DNA of 64,000 nt, taken from contig NC_087251.1 of NCBI RefSeq assembly GCF_037042905.1, positions 44,952,001 to 45,016,000 of the forward strand. Direction: 5' to 3'. Shown in pieces: positions 48,220 through 62,089 of the stretch (the first letter of the stretch is position 1; each line of letters opens with the position of its first letter). The DNA is from Lytechinus pictus (lineage: Eukaryota). The position numbers were made by a program, and so were the translations under genes. The notes beneath the pieces were generated by a model, which did not search any database, had not been told where the DNA came from, and saw only the letters and a program-made list of their open reading frames with translations.

Positions 48220-51200
48220 GGGGGCTTGAGATCTCGGCTGTCGACCGCGCAATCGCGCCAAAAATTGGCACGCCTCTAACTCCCTAAATAAAGCTCCAAA
48301 TGTTCTAATTTTTGCTATAGAAACTCTTTGTGGTGTTCTTAGCAAGTGTACATGAACAAAATTGCGATATCAAATCATTTTCTTATGTATTATATTGTTT
48401 TTTGCAATTTCTTAAGTATTTCTTTGGTTTTTTTTACCTTTTGTTTTTCATTGTTTTTTCAATGAAATTTGTTGAGGACTCTTCTGAGATCATAAAAAGC
48501 ATAAAATGAATACATTTAGATCAGCAAAACTAAAAATAATCATACATTTATGATTTTTGGTTGAAAACACAATTTGCATTGACTTTGTACACAAAATCAC
48601 GTTTTTGAGCAATTTTTGGTCTGACATGCACTTACATAATGTTGCGTAATTTCGGAACCACATACCAGGGTGACGAAAAATTGGTCTCAAAAGTTGCGCA
48701 AGACTTGAAATTAAAAAGTCAGCGAGCGGCGCGGTAAAAAAAAATTTGTGCGGCAAAACTATTGCGTGGATCGTTAAGGGGGCCTCCGAGGCCCCCCCCC
48801 CCCCCCCCGGCCTGGATAGGGTTAAACATAAATGCCCACTTCTAGTGACAACATATAAATGAGTTCAAACAGAATCTAATAAAATGACCACCCAAGTGTT
48901 TTGAGTGTTTGTATGTATTTGATAATGAACAAATATGTGCCAGATGATTTTAGTAGAAAAATGTGTAATTGGTGAGAAATGGACAGAATAAAAAAAAGGC
49001 AGTCCAGGCAGGCATTGGGTCTTCTTTTTTTCCAAGCAATGATGATACACTGTACCACGTGTGCTTATCTGTGTTTGTGATCTTGAGTGTGATCATTTTC
49101 AGCCAATATTTCATGATTTCACAGATTTAGATTTATGTACAGGTAAATGAACCATGACTAGGTAGAGTGATTCTAGATGATGTATGATTTCAGTTATGAC
49201 ACAGTGTACTTCTTCATCAAAGAGGCTCTTTTCAGAAGAAAACATTTTAGAGAAATTATTTTTTCAATGTTGGAAATATATGTGTGTAAACATCATGCCT
49301 TATGCTGCAATATGCACATATGACAACTAGATACAGTGTAATTGTGTAAATTAGCAAGATGTTATTGACGATGTCAATGAATTGATGCAAATCCCCAAAT
49401 TAAATTTTGCTGAAAGTGTTTCAGTGTAGTCTACCGGTCGTACATTTGTCCTAAATGCAAAATTTTATTAAATCCTGTGGAGATGTGTCACAGTACAATT
49501 AAAAGTTTTTATACAGGATATATTGTTAGAACTTAGAATAATGTTTTGTTCTTTCTCCTTATACTTGCAGTCATGTCACTCGGTGTACAACATGGATGCA
49601 CCCCCTATCTGGGAAAGTCTACCAGAGCTAAAGATGTGACACCAATCTTGACATCTTCATCTGCACTGAATGTTTGGTGTGATCATTTGTTGGTAGATAC
49701 ATGGACATGATGTATAACCCACCGGTATATAAAGACCGCCTGCTCAGAAAGACCAATTGTTATATCCTTTGAAATATACAACAAAAGAACCTGTTTTGTA
49801 AATACCTCTTTTTCTTATCTCTGAGAGAGGCGACTACCAGGGACTGGTACTTTGACACCAGACATTGTACACGCTCTGTTTTTGGTGCTCCACCTATCGA
49901 TTTAATATGGAAATTTCCACCATGTAAATCAAATTGAACGAACCAAATGTCATTTTAAAAAGACTATCTGAATTCGCTACTAATGAACCTGGGTAGGAAA
50001 TCGTGTTTAAACTTTATTTTTAGGGGCTATTTTTGTCCACAATGGGGTGATTGCTGACTTTTGGGGGCTATTTCTTTCATATTAAGAGCTACTTTTTTGT
50101 GCAACAAGCACTTACGCTGCAAAAGCATTTCTCATCATTCTGCTGTATGTAGAAAATCAATTTTTAGACAAGATTTTGCGCCCCAAAGTGTTCAATTTGG
50201 TGAATTTATAGGGAATTTTCCAACACTGTCATGAATCTATTTTTAGGTATTTTATGATGTCTTTTGTGTATCTCAAAGGAGCAGGTCCAAGCTATTATCT
50301 CTGAACAGTGATTTTCAGTTTAAATAAAAATTTCCTTTTCTCTTTCTGGAAACCTTTTATTCAATTTCAAACTTGATCTATAATGAAACTACGTTTGTGA
50401 GAGAAAATGTACACATAAAAAGCATGAATTCCATTTTGCAATGAGTTTTCTCCCTGAAAGTATAAAACCAAAACAGATTTTTCGTTTTGATTTACCAGTA
50501 AACAGAAAATCACTGTTCCTAATTATTTGCTGACTTTCCAAATTATCTGTTTCATTATTGGATGTATACTATGTAGGCCATGATTACTAGGAGAAAATGA
50601 TATGTGCACAAAGTTGCAAATGATTTTCAAGTATCATGAGGTTTATAATTAATATGGCTTGTAGGTTTTTGTGGAGTTATCTTGGTTTACATGAAGTTTA
50701 TAGTAATTGTGTTTATGTTGTGTTTACTATTCTGCAAAAGTGGACCCAAAGGTTTTCCAGAGTTTTTCTCGAATGAATATTATCTCTGGTTTTTTACCCT
50801 GGATCTACTTGTCGTAGAATTGTTTAAAGGGAAACGCAAGTCCCGGACCATGGGGGAAATTGGATCGTAAGCAATTTGCAAAAGGCTTGTTTACTTTATA
50901 CACACAGTAATAATACTGTACTGGATTAACGAAATCAAAAATTGGAAAGCGCAAATTCAACCCATCCCATTTATTTTGAGTTGCCAAAGTTCTCTTTAAA
51001 CCTTCGTCGTAGACTCTTAACTGGTCTCTTGATTGTTAATCCAAATAAACTTCATGTATTACGCGTATATGTTCAAAGTGAAAATTTAGTTTGCTTCTTG
51101 ATGGCTCAGCACCAGTTATGTAATACCCCTTTAGGTTTGTATGGGGTTCAACTTGTAATTGCTTTTTCTTATGTGACCAGGCACCCCCAAACCAACAAGA

Positions 51201-54200
51201 AGTCGCCAGGGAAGGTTCTCTGTAAATAGCCAATATAGTAAATTTTGATCCTCAAAATGAAAAAAAATAGCTTCTTCATACTGTCAAAATTTTAAATCAG
51301 AAAAGTTGAATAGAAAAAATAGATACAAGAGTTTCTTTGACATAAATAGTTTTTGCAGACTGCTTGAAAGTTCCACAGTGCACATCTCATGCACGAGTGA
51401 ACTCCAAATTTCAAACGTATTCTCATTAAAAGAACACTTTTTGAAGCTCTTGCTTAGTTTTTCTGCATTTAATCAAGTACATGTTTGGGTTATATGAAAG
51501 CTTAGAATGTGCCTTTTTCAAACTAAAAAAATCTCAAAATTCATGGCTGTTTGATTGATAGCAAAAAATGTGAAATGCAGGGCAATATATAATGTCACTT
51601 ATCCTATCAAACCTAATTACGGCTAAGCCAAGCAAGACAGGCTTCCCTATGGTTTATGACTTGCGTTCCCCAAAGACCCCCCCCCCCCCATTTGAATATG
51701 TGCACAATAGCTTGCACTTATTTTCCATGAATATCATTAATATGTTCTGTCCCGTTTCATAAATTATTACACAAAAATAGTTTTATGATATGAAATTTTT
51801 TATTTCAAATTCAAAATTAGAGATTAAGGCCATTTCAAATGCAGGAATAGCAAAGTTTGCTATTGGCTAATTCAGTCTACCGGTATATGTATTTTTAATT
51901 TCACAAAATATTATTGTATCATCTGCATAGATAATGAAATTTGATATTTCAAAGGATTCAATGATGTCATTAACACAAATGAAAACAACAACAAACACGC
52001 AGGTAAACTTCATTGCAGGATAACACATGTTTTGGAAAGAATATCTTTTGGACAAAATATCAGATTAAAAGATATTAAAAGAAGTAACCTAAAAAGAAGT
52101 AAACTAAATCGGTCCAAAGATGTGCGAGATGAAAAATGTCACAGATCAAAATTCACAGAGGTCATTTTGTACCCCAAAATATCCTTTTTTTCATGATGAA
52201 ATAAATAAATGTGTGAAGATTCAATTTCTAACTGACCTCTCGCATATGGGTGTGACAGAGATGAATCCATCTATTTTATATCAAATTTTATTAGTCCCAG
52301 TAATGTATAGTGCTAGTGATGTGTTTTTCTTTTTGTTTCAATATATCCAGAGTATATAGTCCTGGTGTTAGATTTTTGAAAAGTTTATGAATCTAGCAAA
52401 ACAATTCTTGGAACTGTTTCACGAATACCGGTAGATAAATCTGACTGAAAGTGTTGATGCATATATGATATTTTATTGGCAGCCTCATTGATTCATACAC
52501 AGGAGAGTGTATCTTCTGCGGGTGATCCAATCAATATGATGATCTCATACTTTCCACATGCAAGTGAAAATTAAGAGCAATTTTTTGGTCACACTCAAAT
52601 CTTTGTGAAACACTCCTTTGATTTGTTTCTTATGTCACATGTAATGCCAGATAGCTTGGACCTGCCCTATAATGTTTGCTTGTCTGTAATACTTGCTTTG
52701 TATTCATGATTTTGTATTTATTTTTTATAAAATTATGTAAGACCAGCAGCCTGGAAGATTCATTCAAGTTGCAGGACCATAGCAGTTGACCTCGATTGAT
52801 GGTGGTAGGCCCTAAACCTTACAAGCATGGCTTCCTGTCTGGTTTGAGCCGGGATCTTCCTGCCAGAATCACACAATTAGTGACTTCACTACTGAGAGAT
52901 CTATTTTTCAGTGTGCAGAGGAGGGCACTGGATACTGTTGTGCATGTTATACAACTTACCACAATGTAAGTGCTTTAATAATGATTTCAATGATATTTTG
53001 TGTAGCCTAGAGTATGCAAGACAATGCAATCGGTTTTCCAGTAATTATGTACTGAGGGCAATAACCTTTGTGAAAATATTGGGCGGCAATTTTTTCCCCA
53101 TATCAAGATTTTCTCTCTTCTTTTAATGACTGTAATCCCTTCTCTTGACCTTTACTGTTATTTCTTCCCATTCCTGTATCCTTTTGTTGGGTATAGTCTT
53201 TCTTTATATACCTCCCAGTACTATCTGTTCTAGCTGTTCTAACTTTATCTTTGTTTCACATTGTTGCAACATGATATTTGCCATGACTGATTTAATTATT
53301 TGGTAAAAGGTAAACAATTTTTATAAGAAATTTATATATGTATTTATATATACAGACTTTGATCTTATTTTTTTTTATTGCAAAGCAATGATAGAGCAAT
53401 GTGAATTATGTTGCAAAATATTTATTCTCCTTTTCCGTATGTGATATTTTTGGGGTCAGACTAATTTGAATTAATATTTTCAAACCGCGGTAATTTCACC
53501 ATTTACCTTCATGAACCTCATGTTTGTGCTAAAGCCGATGGCACCACCAGATTGCGAGTGCCGAGTGTGTATCCATCATGAAATCACAGAATGAGAAGAG
53601 ATAATGTGGACTGCACGAATGTTAAGATATGTGATGATAAGGTAGATTCTCAATGTAGGTTTGTTTGCCCAAATCTTCAACTTCAGATATGATTTTTCAC
53701 CCATTTTATGAGGGTTGTGCACTTCAATGGTTTTTCCACAGTGTGTAAAAAAAAATTCTCCTTCAATCAGAGCAATATATGTAAGTCTGGAATCTTGTTT
53801 TAGAAGTGCAATGTCAAATTGTGATTTCTAGAGCCTTGCCAGTATAGTGTTTGAAGTTGACCATTTGAAATATTGATGGAGCAGTTTAGCCAATATGGAT
53901 TTGGAGCTCGGTGAAATTGATCCAGATTGATAAAGAACTGGTTTGCACTCCAAATTGACGCAGGTAACCATTTGTTCTGCACAAAGAGAAGAGAGAGGAA
54001 CAGGCAACGTATGTTTGAAGAGAGGGATACTGACTTCCAGAAGTTTGTTTAAGTTGCATGTGACATCTTTATATTTGGTGTTTGGAAACTGGTAATGTTG
54101 CGATAATCTTCAAGTACTGTCTGACCACAAGGGATGGTGCTCCTTTCAGCTTACGCATGATATCCGGAGCTCTTCAAAACCTCATGGAACTCACACACTT

Positions 54201-54517
54201 CTTGGACTCACAAATGCTGATATCTTGTGAGAGAGTTGGCCTCTTTGTAGTGGCATTAGAGGAATTCTCAGTGGATCTTGTTCTGGGCGGTCAATTGTGT
54301 CTTTTCCAGCCATTGTGGAAATTTTCCTGTGTTTATTAGATTTTCCTGGATTTATTTGGCTCTGATGAAATGAAAGGCAATGTGAAGTCTTGGTGATATA
54401 GAGTCAGAGTCAATAAAGACCATTTTTTGCTCCTCATGCATGCCGATACTGTCACCAAAAGGGAAGCTATACACATCTGATACATTTTCTGGCTTTGTCT
54501 GTAACTCTACTTATTAA

Positions 54518-55243
54518 CTCTATCTAGGCCGGGGTATTTTTTTTTGGGGGGGCCTCCCAGGCCCCCCCCCCCCTTGAGATCTCGACCGTGCCGAAAATTG
54601 GCACGCGCGTTGTCTGGAACATAATCTACAAAATTGTATAGTAATTTATTTCATGCGAATCGCTATTAAGTGATTATGCTAATTTATGCGTAATTAGTAT
54701 GCGAAATCATACTCTTTCCTCTAACTCCCTAAATAAAGCTCATAATGTTCTAATTTTTGGTATAGAAACTTTTTGTGGTGTTCTTAGCAAGTGTACATGA
54801 ACAAAATTGCGATATCGAATTGTTTTCTTATGTATTATATTGTTTTTTGAAATTTCTTATGTATTTCTGTGTTTTTCATTGTTTTTTCAATCAAATTTGT
54901 TGGGGACTCTTTTGAGATCATAAAAAGCATAAAATTAATACATTTAGACCAGCAAAACTAAAAATAATCATACATTGATGACTTTTGGTTAAAAACACAA
55001 TTTGCATTGACTTTGTACACAAAATCACGTTTTTGAGCAATTTTTGGTCTGACTTGCACTTACATAATGTTGCGTAATTTCGGAACCATGTACCCGGGTG
55101 ATGCAAAATTGGTCTCAAAAGTTGCGCAAGACTTGAAAGTAAAAAGTCAGCGAGCGGCGCGGTCAAAAAATTTGTGCGGCAAAAATATTGCGCAAATCGT
55201 TGAGGGGGGGCCTCCGAGCCCCCCCCCCCCGGCCTAGATAGGG
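54518..55243. mobile_element. piggyBac-like MITE, uninterrupted copy
   Basis: ttaa|ctctatctaggccgggg ... ccccggcctagataggg|ttaa. Confidence 0.85.
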
Positions 55244-55436
55244 TTAAACCAAATGCACTTGTTTGAATCCTAATAAGGCAGATTCTTGAAGTCTTTGTCA
55301 ACGTTCATTTTCTGTGTCCAGGAGGAAACGTACTTTGTTTGGAAAGAATTTTAAATGGATTTCCTGTGTTCATCAAGTTCAGATATTCAGAAATCAAATG
55401 TAATTCCTTAAAGTGAGGAGAAGTTACTGTGTTTAA

Positions 55437-55897
55437 CCCTATATAGCCCAGGCTATTTTTGAAATTGCATAGCCGGGGGGAGGTATGTTTTTTTAGCTCC
55501 CCCCCCCCCCCCCCCCCCCCCGATCTTGGTTGTTGATCAGGGCCAGTATTCAATTCGATACTGAAGCCAGAGTATTTTACTCAGTATTTTGCCTTAAAAA
55601 ACACAAACAAAAACATCCATCTTTGGTATTCAATTGTATTTGGCTTAAATATAAGTCAGCCACATACCAAAGTCTGGCTAGCATATACCATAGTTTACAA
55701 ACGTGATATGCGCAGTCATACATTCTGCGCTCAGATGATAACATACATTGCACGTTATTTGGCTCAAACTTTATCATGATGTCAAAATAGTTGTTACTTG
55801 TTAGTATTTTGCTTAAATTTAGCTGTATGAAGTAAAATACTAAGATGTGATCTAAATATGAGTTTAAAATAGCACACCCCCTCCGGGCTAGATAGGG
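55437..55897. mobile_element. Second piggyBac-like MITE
   Basis: ttaa|ccctatatagccc ... gggctagataggg|ttaa. Confidence 0.8.
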
Positions 55898-56179
55898 TTA
55901 AGTTATGCATGTACCTGCTTATCATTGCCAGTTATTTTGGGAGAAGGGCCTCCACTCAATGATTCTGAATTTCAATATCCTTTGATCTTGTGCGATCTAA
56001 AACTCTTTCATGGAATGCATAAAATGCATAATTTGCAGACCATCAGAGAATTATTTCCTTGTTCTTGCTTGTAGTTCCTCTAATCATGTCAGAGAAGTCT
56101 CTCAGCCAGCTCCTGAAGCTTGACATGAAGTGATGCTAGGCTGGTCATTTATCCATCTTCTGTTCTGTGGGTAGGGCAG

Positions 56180-56510
56180 TGCTTGGTTGATTTTTCCAAG
56201 TGTCCCTTTGGCTAAAGAAATGGTTTCCTATGTGGAACAGGTTTAGAAAATTTTGTTGGGTGCTGTCTGTTAGATTTGACATTGCATGTTTTGGTAGATT
56301 ATTCCAAATCCCCATGACCCCTTGGCTAAAGATGTGGTTTCCTTCATCCAGTCTGGAACAAGTTTGGGCAATTTTATTGGGCGCTGTCTGTGAGAGTTGT
56401 CATTGGTTCTTCATGACCATTTAGCTGAAGAGATGGTTCCTTATATCCATGGAAAGATTTTTTTGAAATTTGTTGGGTGCCGTGTCTGAAATTCGACATT
56501 TCGCTTCACT
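56180..56510 (-). mobile_element. Tandemly triplicated CR1-LINE ORF2 3' fragment
   Basis: Minus strand TCSRLDEGNHIFSQGVMGIWNNLP resembles CR1 RLD.RK.FFSQRVV..WN.LP. The motif ggctaaaga.tggtt recurs three times about 100-115 bp apart. Confidence 0.6.
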
Positions 56511-58085
56511 ACTAGGGTTCATGCATTGTATTGTAATGATTGATGGAGGATTATAAACCATTGTGGGATATGAAGTGTACTCCCTCAGGACAAGCCTATG
56601 TTGAGGTCCCAACCTATTAGATCCATCTTTCATTGTCGGTGCCTCGCCTGATTTCTCAGAGTTCATGGTTGCATGATGGATACAGTATGCAAGCAAACAT
56701 ATGGTTCTTGTATGATGGTGAATGAATAAATTAGCTTGACAATTGACAGGGGGAAAAATTCATCAATTCTTTTCCCTATTGGTTTCTATTTTGATCAAAA
56801 TGTAGTGTTCATTTCATAGAAACGCTATTGCACCTTGTACAGAAAAGGGTATATTTATTTGCAATATATTTTTGATATATTCTATTTGCTCTTTTGAAAA
56901 AAAAAGCCCCCCCCCCCAAAAAAAAAAAAAAGCACCAAAAAAATAGCCAATTAATTTTTTTTTAATGTGATGATATAAATTGACTTGTTAAATGAAAATA
57001 TGAAATGTGAAAAGGATTAGTAATAATACTAGAAAAATATTAAATTGAAAATTAGAACACTGTAGGGTCAGTCATGGATAGTTCATGTTGAAAGGATGTG
57101 AAATGATTTTAAAATGGGCAGATACAGGGAGTTAGTGATTATCACTAATTTGCTCTAAGCCAATCAGATGCAAGGATTTGTTGGTGAAAATCACTGACAA
57201 AAATCTTCATGAAATGCTTCCCTGGATGGATAGTACAGGGAGGTATAGGAAGAGAGCATAATCAGTGGATTAAATGCTATTCGTGTTGAATGGGGGGAGG
57301 GATGCTTGGAAGGAAGGGTGGTGGTTTTGTTCAAGGGCAAATGAAAAGACTACAATGGAGATTAACAGACCGATTCTTCTGGCAAAGAAGGGGAGTAGTT
57401 AGGAAAGATGGGAGGGGGTGGGGTAAAAGGAAATTTCTTTTAGAGGCAAATTTTAAATGAATATGAGTAAAGTTTCCCCCCCCCCCAAAGAAAGTTACTG
57501 TTGCCCCCATCAACATGATCACTTTGAAAGTCGATGGATTGTCTTGCATACTATAATAGGCTACATAAAATATCATTAAAATCATTAACAAAGCCCTTTC
57601 ATTGTGGCAAGTTGTATACCATGCCCAACAGTATCCAGTGCCATTCTCTGTACACTGAAAAATAGATCTCTCAGTGGTGATGTCACATATTGTGTGATTT
57701 TGTCAAGAAGACCCCAGCTCGGACTAGGATGCTGGTCATTTTGTGAGGGGTGGGGTTTGCCCCATTGAATCAAGAGGTCAGCTGCTATGGTATCTTGTAT
57801 ACTTGAATGAATCTTCTGGGCTGCTGGTCATTTTTTTTTTGTTCACTTTTACATTGAAAATAATAAATTAAAATTCTTAGAAATTTATTTTAGGCTCATT
57901 TGTGTATCTGTATACTGTGACAAATCCCCCCTCCCTTATCAATTTCACCTGCCTGCCCTGCCCCCCCCCCCATCAATTTCACCTGCCCGCCCTGCCCCCC
58001 CCCCCCACCATCAATTTCAACCTGCCCCTTTTTCATCCACTTTGACACCCCTTTTCCCTTTTTTTGGGGGGGTGGGGGTGCCAAG

Positions 58086-58595
58086 GGCCCTGTTGCATGA
58101 AATTACTATATAGTCATTTTGCCATCTAATGTTTCCATGTTAGCTACCATTGGATGGTATGACCTTATACGTTACACATCATGAAGGGCATTAGAAAGAA
58201 TCATACACACAATGTAACTTTGAAAAGTTCTAGCATGCCCAAGGCAGAGCCGAGGGTGCTTGGAATGTTTCTAACGTAACAAGTGTGTGCAATTGTTCTA
58301 ATGCCCAAGCAACATGATGTGCATTATTTGTTTTATAAGATAGTGATATGGATTCCTATTTGATAAACCATCATCTCTTCACCATGACCAGTCAAAAGAA
58401 GCGTTTTTTTCCCTTAGCGCAAAGACAAATAGTAATATGTGATATGCGCTACTAGTATATATGGAAAATATGATCATTGGTAGCACCAATTTTCCTGTTA
58501 GCTAAAATGTATGACTGATCATGCGATACTTTTCAGCCAATCATTTGATAAGGATCCATATCACTATTTTATATTATATTTTATGCAACAGGGCC
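58086..58595. mobile_element. Harbinger-type MITE
   Basis: TIR ggccctgttgcat / atgcaacagggcc with aag/cag flanks. Confidence 0.65.
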
Positions 58596-59948
58596 CAGTG
58601 CCAGTATTCTGAAAATAGTGTAATCTTTACAGCCCTGTTTACTTTGGTAGAATGTCATCATTTATAACATTTTTGTACCTTTCCTTAAAATGAAATTTTA
58701 AGTAACCTGGACTTATTTTCTTTGTATTTCCCTTTTTTCATATAGGCAATATGCAAAAAAAAGTATATAAAGCAGCCATAAATATCATTTAAAAATTTGT
58801 AATGGCATTCAAATATAGAAAAGGTAATGCAAAGAAAACACTATTTTCAGAATACCAGCCAGCTTTTAGGTTGTACAATGTGCAGAAGGTAAACAAAAAA
58901 TTAGAAGGCTTATGCTTGATTGTATTCTTCCAGTTTTTTTAAAGAAAATTTCTAAGGCCTACATTTTCCAGGGGCAATTTCCCTCTTTTCCAAGATTTGA
59001 GAAGGCCAAAATGAAATTTTAAGTTATGAATTAACTGAGTAATATGTCACTGAACATTTGTAATCAGGAGTAGGCGAGTTCCTTTTTGTTTTCAATGACC
59101 CTCACAATTCAAATTACCTTCTGCACTATATAAACCAAATATTCAAGTTAGTGGCAATTTTGCAAGATTATCTTGTAAAATTAGTGAAATGCAAAACGAC
59201 AGCAATTTCAGCTTATAAGTTTCGAGAATTTTTCAGTTCGACATTAAAAAATATCTTCAGTTTTTAATATTTTAGAAGAGTGAACTTCACAAAATGAAAA
59301 TAATTTTATTAAATACATTTTGATTTTGAAACTATCTTCTAAATTTGCTTGAATAGTATTTTGAGATGTGCTGTATCTTGTCACATATTGATTCATATTT
59401 TTAAATAATCAATGCATTAAGAAATGCAATACATAAAGATTATATGGAATTTACAACAACAACAAATTCAAATTGGCAATGTTAAATGTTATATTTTTAG
59501 TTAGACAAATTTGCGTTTACCAAAGTTTGTAACATCATAAGATGTTTTGCTCAAGTTTTGAATATGGTTAATTCATGTGAAGATGCATTTCACTAAGTTT
59601 ACTTTATTTTCCAAAATCTGTAAGAAAATGAGGTAGGCAGAATATACATAAAGGGGCTTTCAACAGAAGTCATACGACCGTCATTGTGTCATTGTGGGCA
59701 TTACGATTATGTGCAAATTTTACTGTAACCAAATGGTTAACCAAGTGTGAAAGTCCCTTCAGAGGTAGATCATCATCTTCTTTGATCATGAGCAAAGAAG
59801 ATCTGCAGGGGGGGGGGGAGAAAGGGGAGGAGAGAGACAATGGAAGAAAGAGACAGATAGAGGGATGGACAGAAAGAAAGAGAGGGAGAAATGGCAGAGG
59901 AAAAAGTTTTGCACTAGAATAAATACAAGTAGCCAAAATGAGCTTAAC

Positions 59949-60096
59949 CATTGGCGGCGATTTCATGGGATTTTTGGTCCATATGGAGGGGGGGGGGGGT
60001 GGACGTGACAACCCTCTCCAATAAACTGCTGTAAAAAAAAAAAAAAAATCAAAGGGGAGGGGGGCATATTCCCTTCCCCCTGAATCGCCGCCAACG
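59949..60096. mobile_element. hAT-like MITE
   Basis: TIR cattggcggcgatt / aatcgccgccaacg; TSD only partly conserved. Confidence 0.65.
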
Positions 60097-60919
60097 GTTG
60101 TAACACAATCATTTATTAATAAATCATCAAGGCAAAATAAATTCTTTAAAACTTTGGTCATATTTCATTTACACAGCAACTAATAGTTCGGATTTACCAA
60201 GTGCACTTCAGAAATAGCCCTACTGTATTTTATTCTTCTTGGAGACGAGAGAAATCAAAAGCATACAACGAAACATTTTTGCTTGTCAAATTCTATACCT
60301 GTAAAACTTATTTTTGAAGATTATCAGGTGATAATTACCAGAACGGACTAATTCGTTAAGAGCAGATATCAGAAATATATCATTACTTAGTCCCACCCCA
60401 ATCCGCCCCCCCAAAAAAAAAAGAGATGGAAATGTCCGTAAAATTAATTCACTTTACAAAACGGTCCACTGGCGGATCCAGGGGGTGGGGCAAAGCCACC
60501 CCGTAACCCCCACCCCTTTGAGAAGCGCAATTAAAATTTGTAATTTAAAAAATCAGTGCTGTTAAAACAGAAGTGCCCCCCCCCCCCTTTGAAAGTGAAG
60601 ACCTTTTTTTCGTGAATGAAATGTCTATCCTTAATTTGTTGGTTATAAACCTTTTTCTTACGGTCTATTGAAATATTTGCCTTATCACAGTCTTTTTTTT
60701 TTCAAATATGTTATCTGAATTTGCATCTGAGAGGGGGTTAAGGTCTACAAATTTTCTACACTTCTACATTTTACCTGTGCACCAAGAGTGAATAAAGATA
60801 ATCACCCTAAAAAAAGTACATGTAGCAGAAGCACTGTATTAGTCCAAGAGGGGAAGTAATCAATATCAGACAACATAAAAAATTACAATATATAATCTTT
60901 GTTCATTTGACATTTGTAT

Positions 60920-61310
60920 ATGAATAAATGAATGGTTTGATAAATGAACGAATGAATGAATGAATGGATGGATGGATGGATGGATGGATGAATCGATGGA
61001 TAGATGAATGGATGGATGGATGGATAGATGAATAAATAAATGAATGCATGTGGTCATACACAAATCAATGAATGGCTAATTGAGTGAATGAATGAATGGC
61101 TAAGTGAATGAATGAATGAATGGCTAAGTGAGTGAATGAACGAACGAATGAATGAATGGCTAAGTGAGTGAGAGAATGAATGAATGAATGGATGGATGAA
61201 TACCTATGAAAGCATACATGCATTAATGAATGGATGGATAGATGAATTGATGGTTGGACGGATGGATAGATGAATGAATAAATGGGTGAATGGATGGATG
61301 GATGAATGGA
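60920..61310 (+). repeat. (GAAT)n/(GGAT)n microsatellite
   Basis: Directly visible tetranucleotide runs. Confidence 0.9.
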
Positions 61311-61489
61311 TGTTCGTCTATGGACTTTCAAAATTGACCCTAAAGTAAACATTCTTCATTTTAGATGCCTTCTCAAAGGGCTCACGCCCTAAACAAGTAT
61401 TTTTCATGCTTTCCCGTGTTTTCCAGAGTTGGGGATTACTTCTTGAGTTTGGAAATTTTCATATCCTTTTTACTTTACGCTCCTACATC

Positions 61490-62089
61490 GCTCGGCCAGG
61501 AAAAGCGAATAACTTTTCACGCTTTTCTGGAAGAGATGATGTTGTTGTCCACCTTAAATGGCAGTACCCCACCCTCCCTTCCCTGCTCCCTCCCCAGGGT
61601 TCCTCAGGCAAGCGGAAGATCAACTTGAATTTGATAACCTCCTCACCATGATGGACTACGTCGGGAGAGCTTTCCACCATGGTATTTTCAGGATACTCGT
61701 CGACAGAAGTCTACCATCCACGTCCTACTTCTTCTCATAGTAAAACTGTGTCTTTTCATGCATGGAGGAAGTCAGTCGACTTGCATGGCCATTCGACAGT
61801 GACATCATCAGACCTCATCTCACCATCAGATAGCTGCGTGCAGATGGGCGGATGCCTTTCAAGTTACAAGCAACTTTCTCCTATAGAACTAACCCACCAT
61901 ACCAGCCATCATCTCCTGATGAAAACCTGCTCCATGAATTTCTTCGCTGACCAGGCCGCATGGATGGTGGTGTGTAGCCTTCTCGAGGGTATAGATCTAG
62001 TCCACTTCCAATTGTGGATCAGGGTGTACTTCCAACAGATGGCAATCGATCTTATTGAAAGTCATGGACCACTCCGGATTAATTCTTTG
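61490..62089 (-). pseudogene. Probable decayed class-I myosin (MYO1D/G-like) neck and TH1-tail fragment
   Basis: Minus-strand motifs in MYO1D order, vs recalled human sequence: KELIR..FQ*D (KKLIE..FQDD), IYTLEK (LFTLEE), FYRRK (YYRRYK), VEWP (VKWP), NIISSRKA*KVIRFS (NVLFSCHVRKVNRFS). Many lesions. Confidence 0.5.

Larger units (their letters stand above)
43011..48821. mobile_element. piggyBac-like MITE interrupted by a 5.15-kb foldback insertion
   Basis: ttag|ccctatctaggccgggg ... ccggcctggataggg|ttaa. 48225-48821 matches the uninterrupted copy at 54518-55243. Confidence 0.85.
34558..49631 (+). pseudogene. STXBP4: Unprocessed syntaxin-binding protein 4 (Synip)-like pseudogene
   Basis: Exon remnants compared with human STXBP4 as recalled: MENLQK*RDDAIEEAEKLQ (to 36320; cf. 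LQKEKDDALKEV); AQTAIHESKVLKSRVHL..EEVIVML (39842-40240; cf. EAKAVVEETRALRSRIHLAE..YEEVIRLL); PDZ piece GLIDTG/DELVAINNQPLIGMTLKE (37651-37754); WW end HVTRCTTWMHP..* (49571-49631; cf. HVTQTTSWIHP). Stops, frameshifts and TE insertions throughout. Confidence 0.8.

Noticed and set aside
47844..48345. Repetitive ORFs (IITFVG.., HKCNN..)
   Set aside because: Translations of the foldback terminal tandem repeats.
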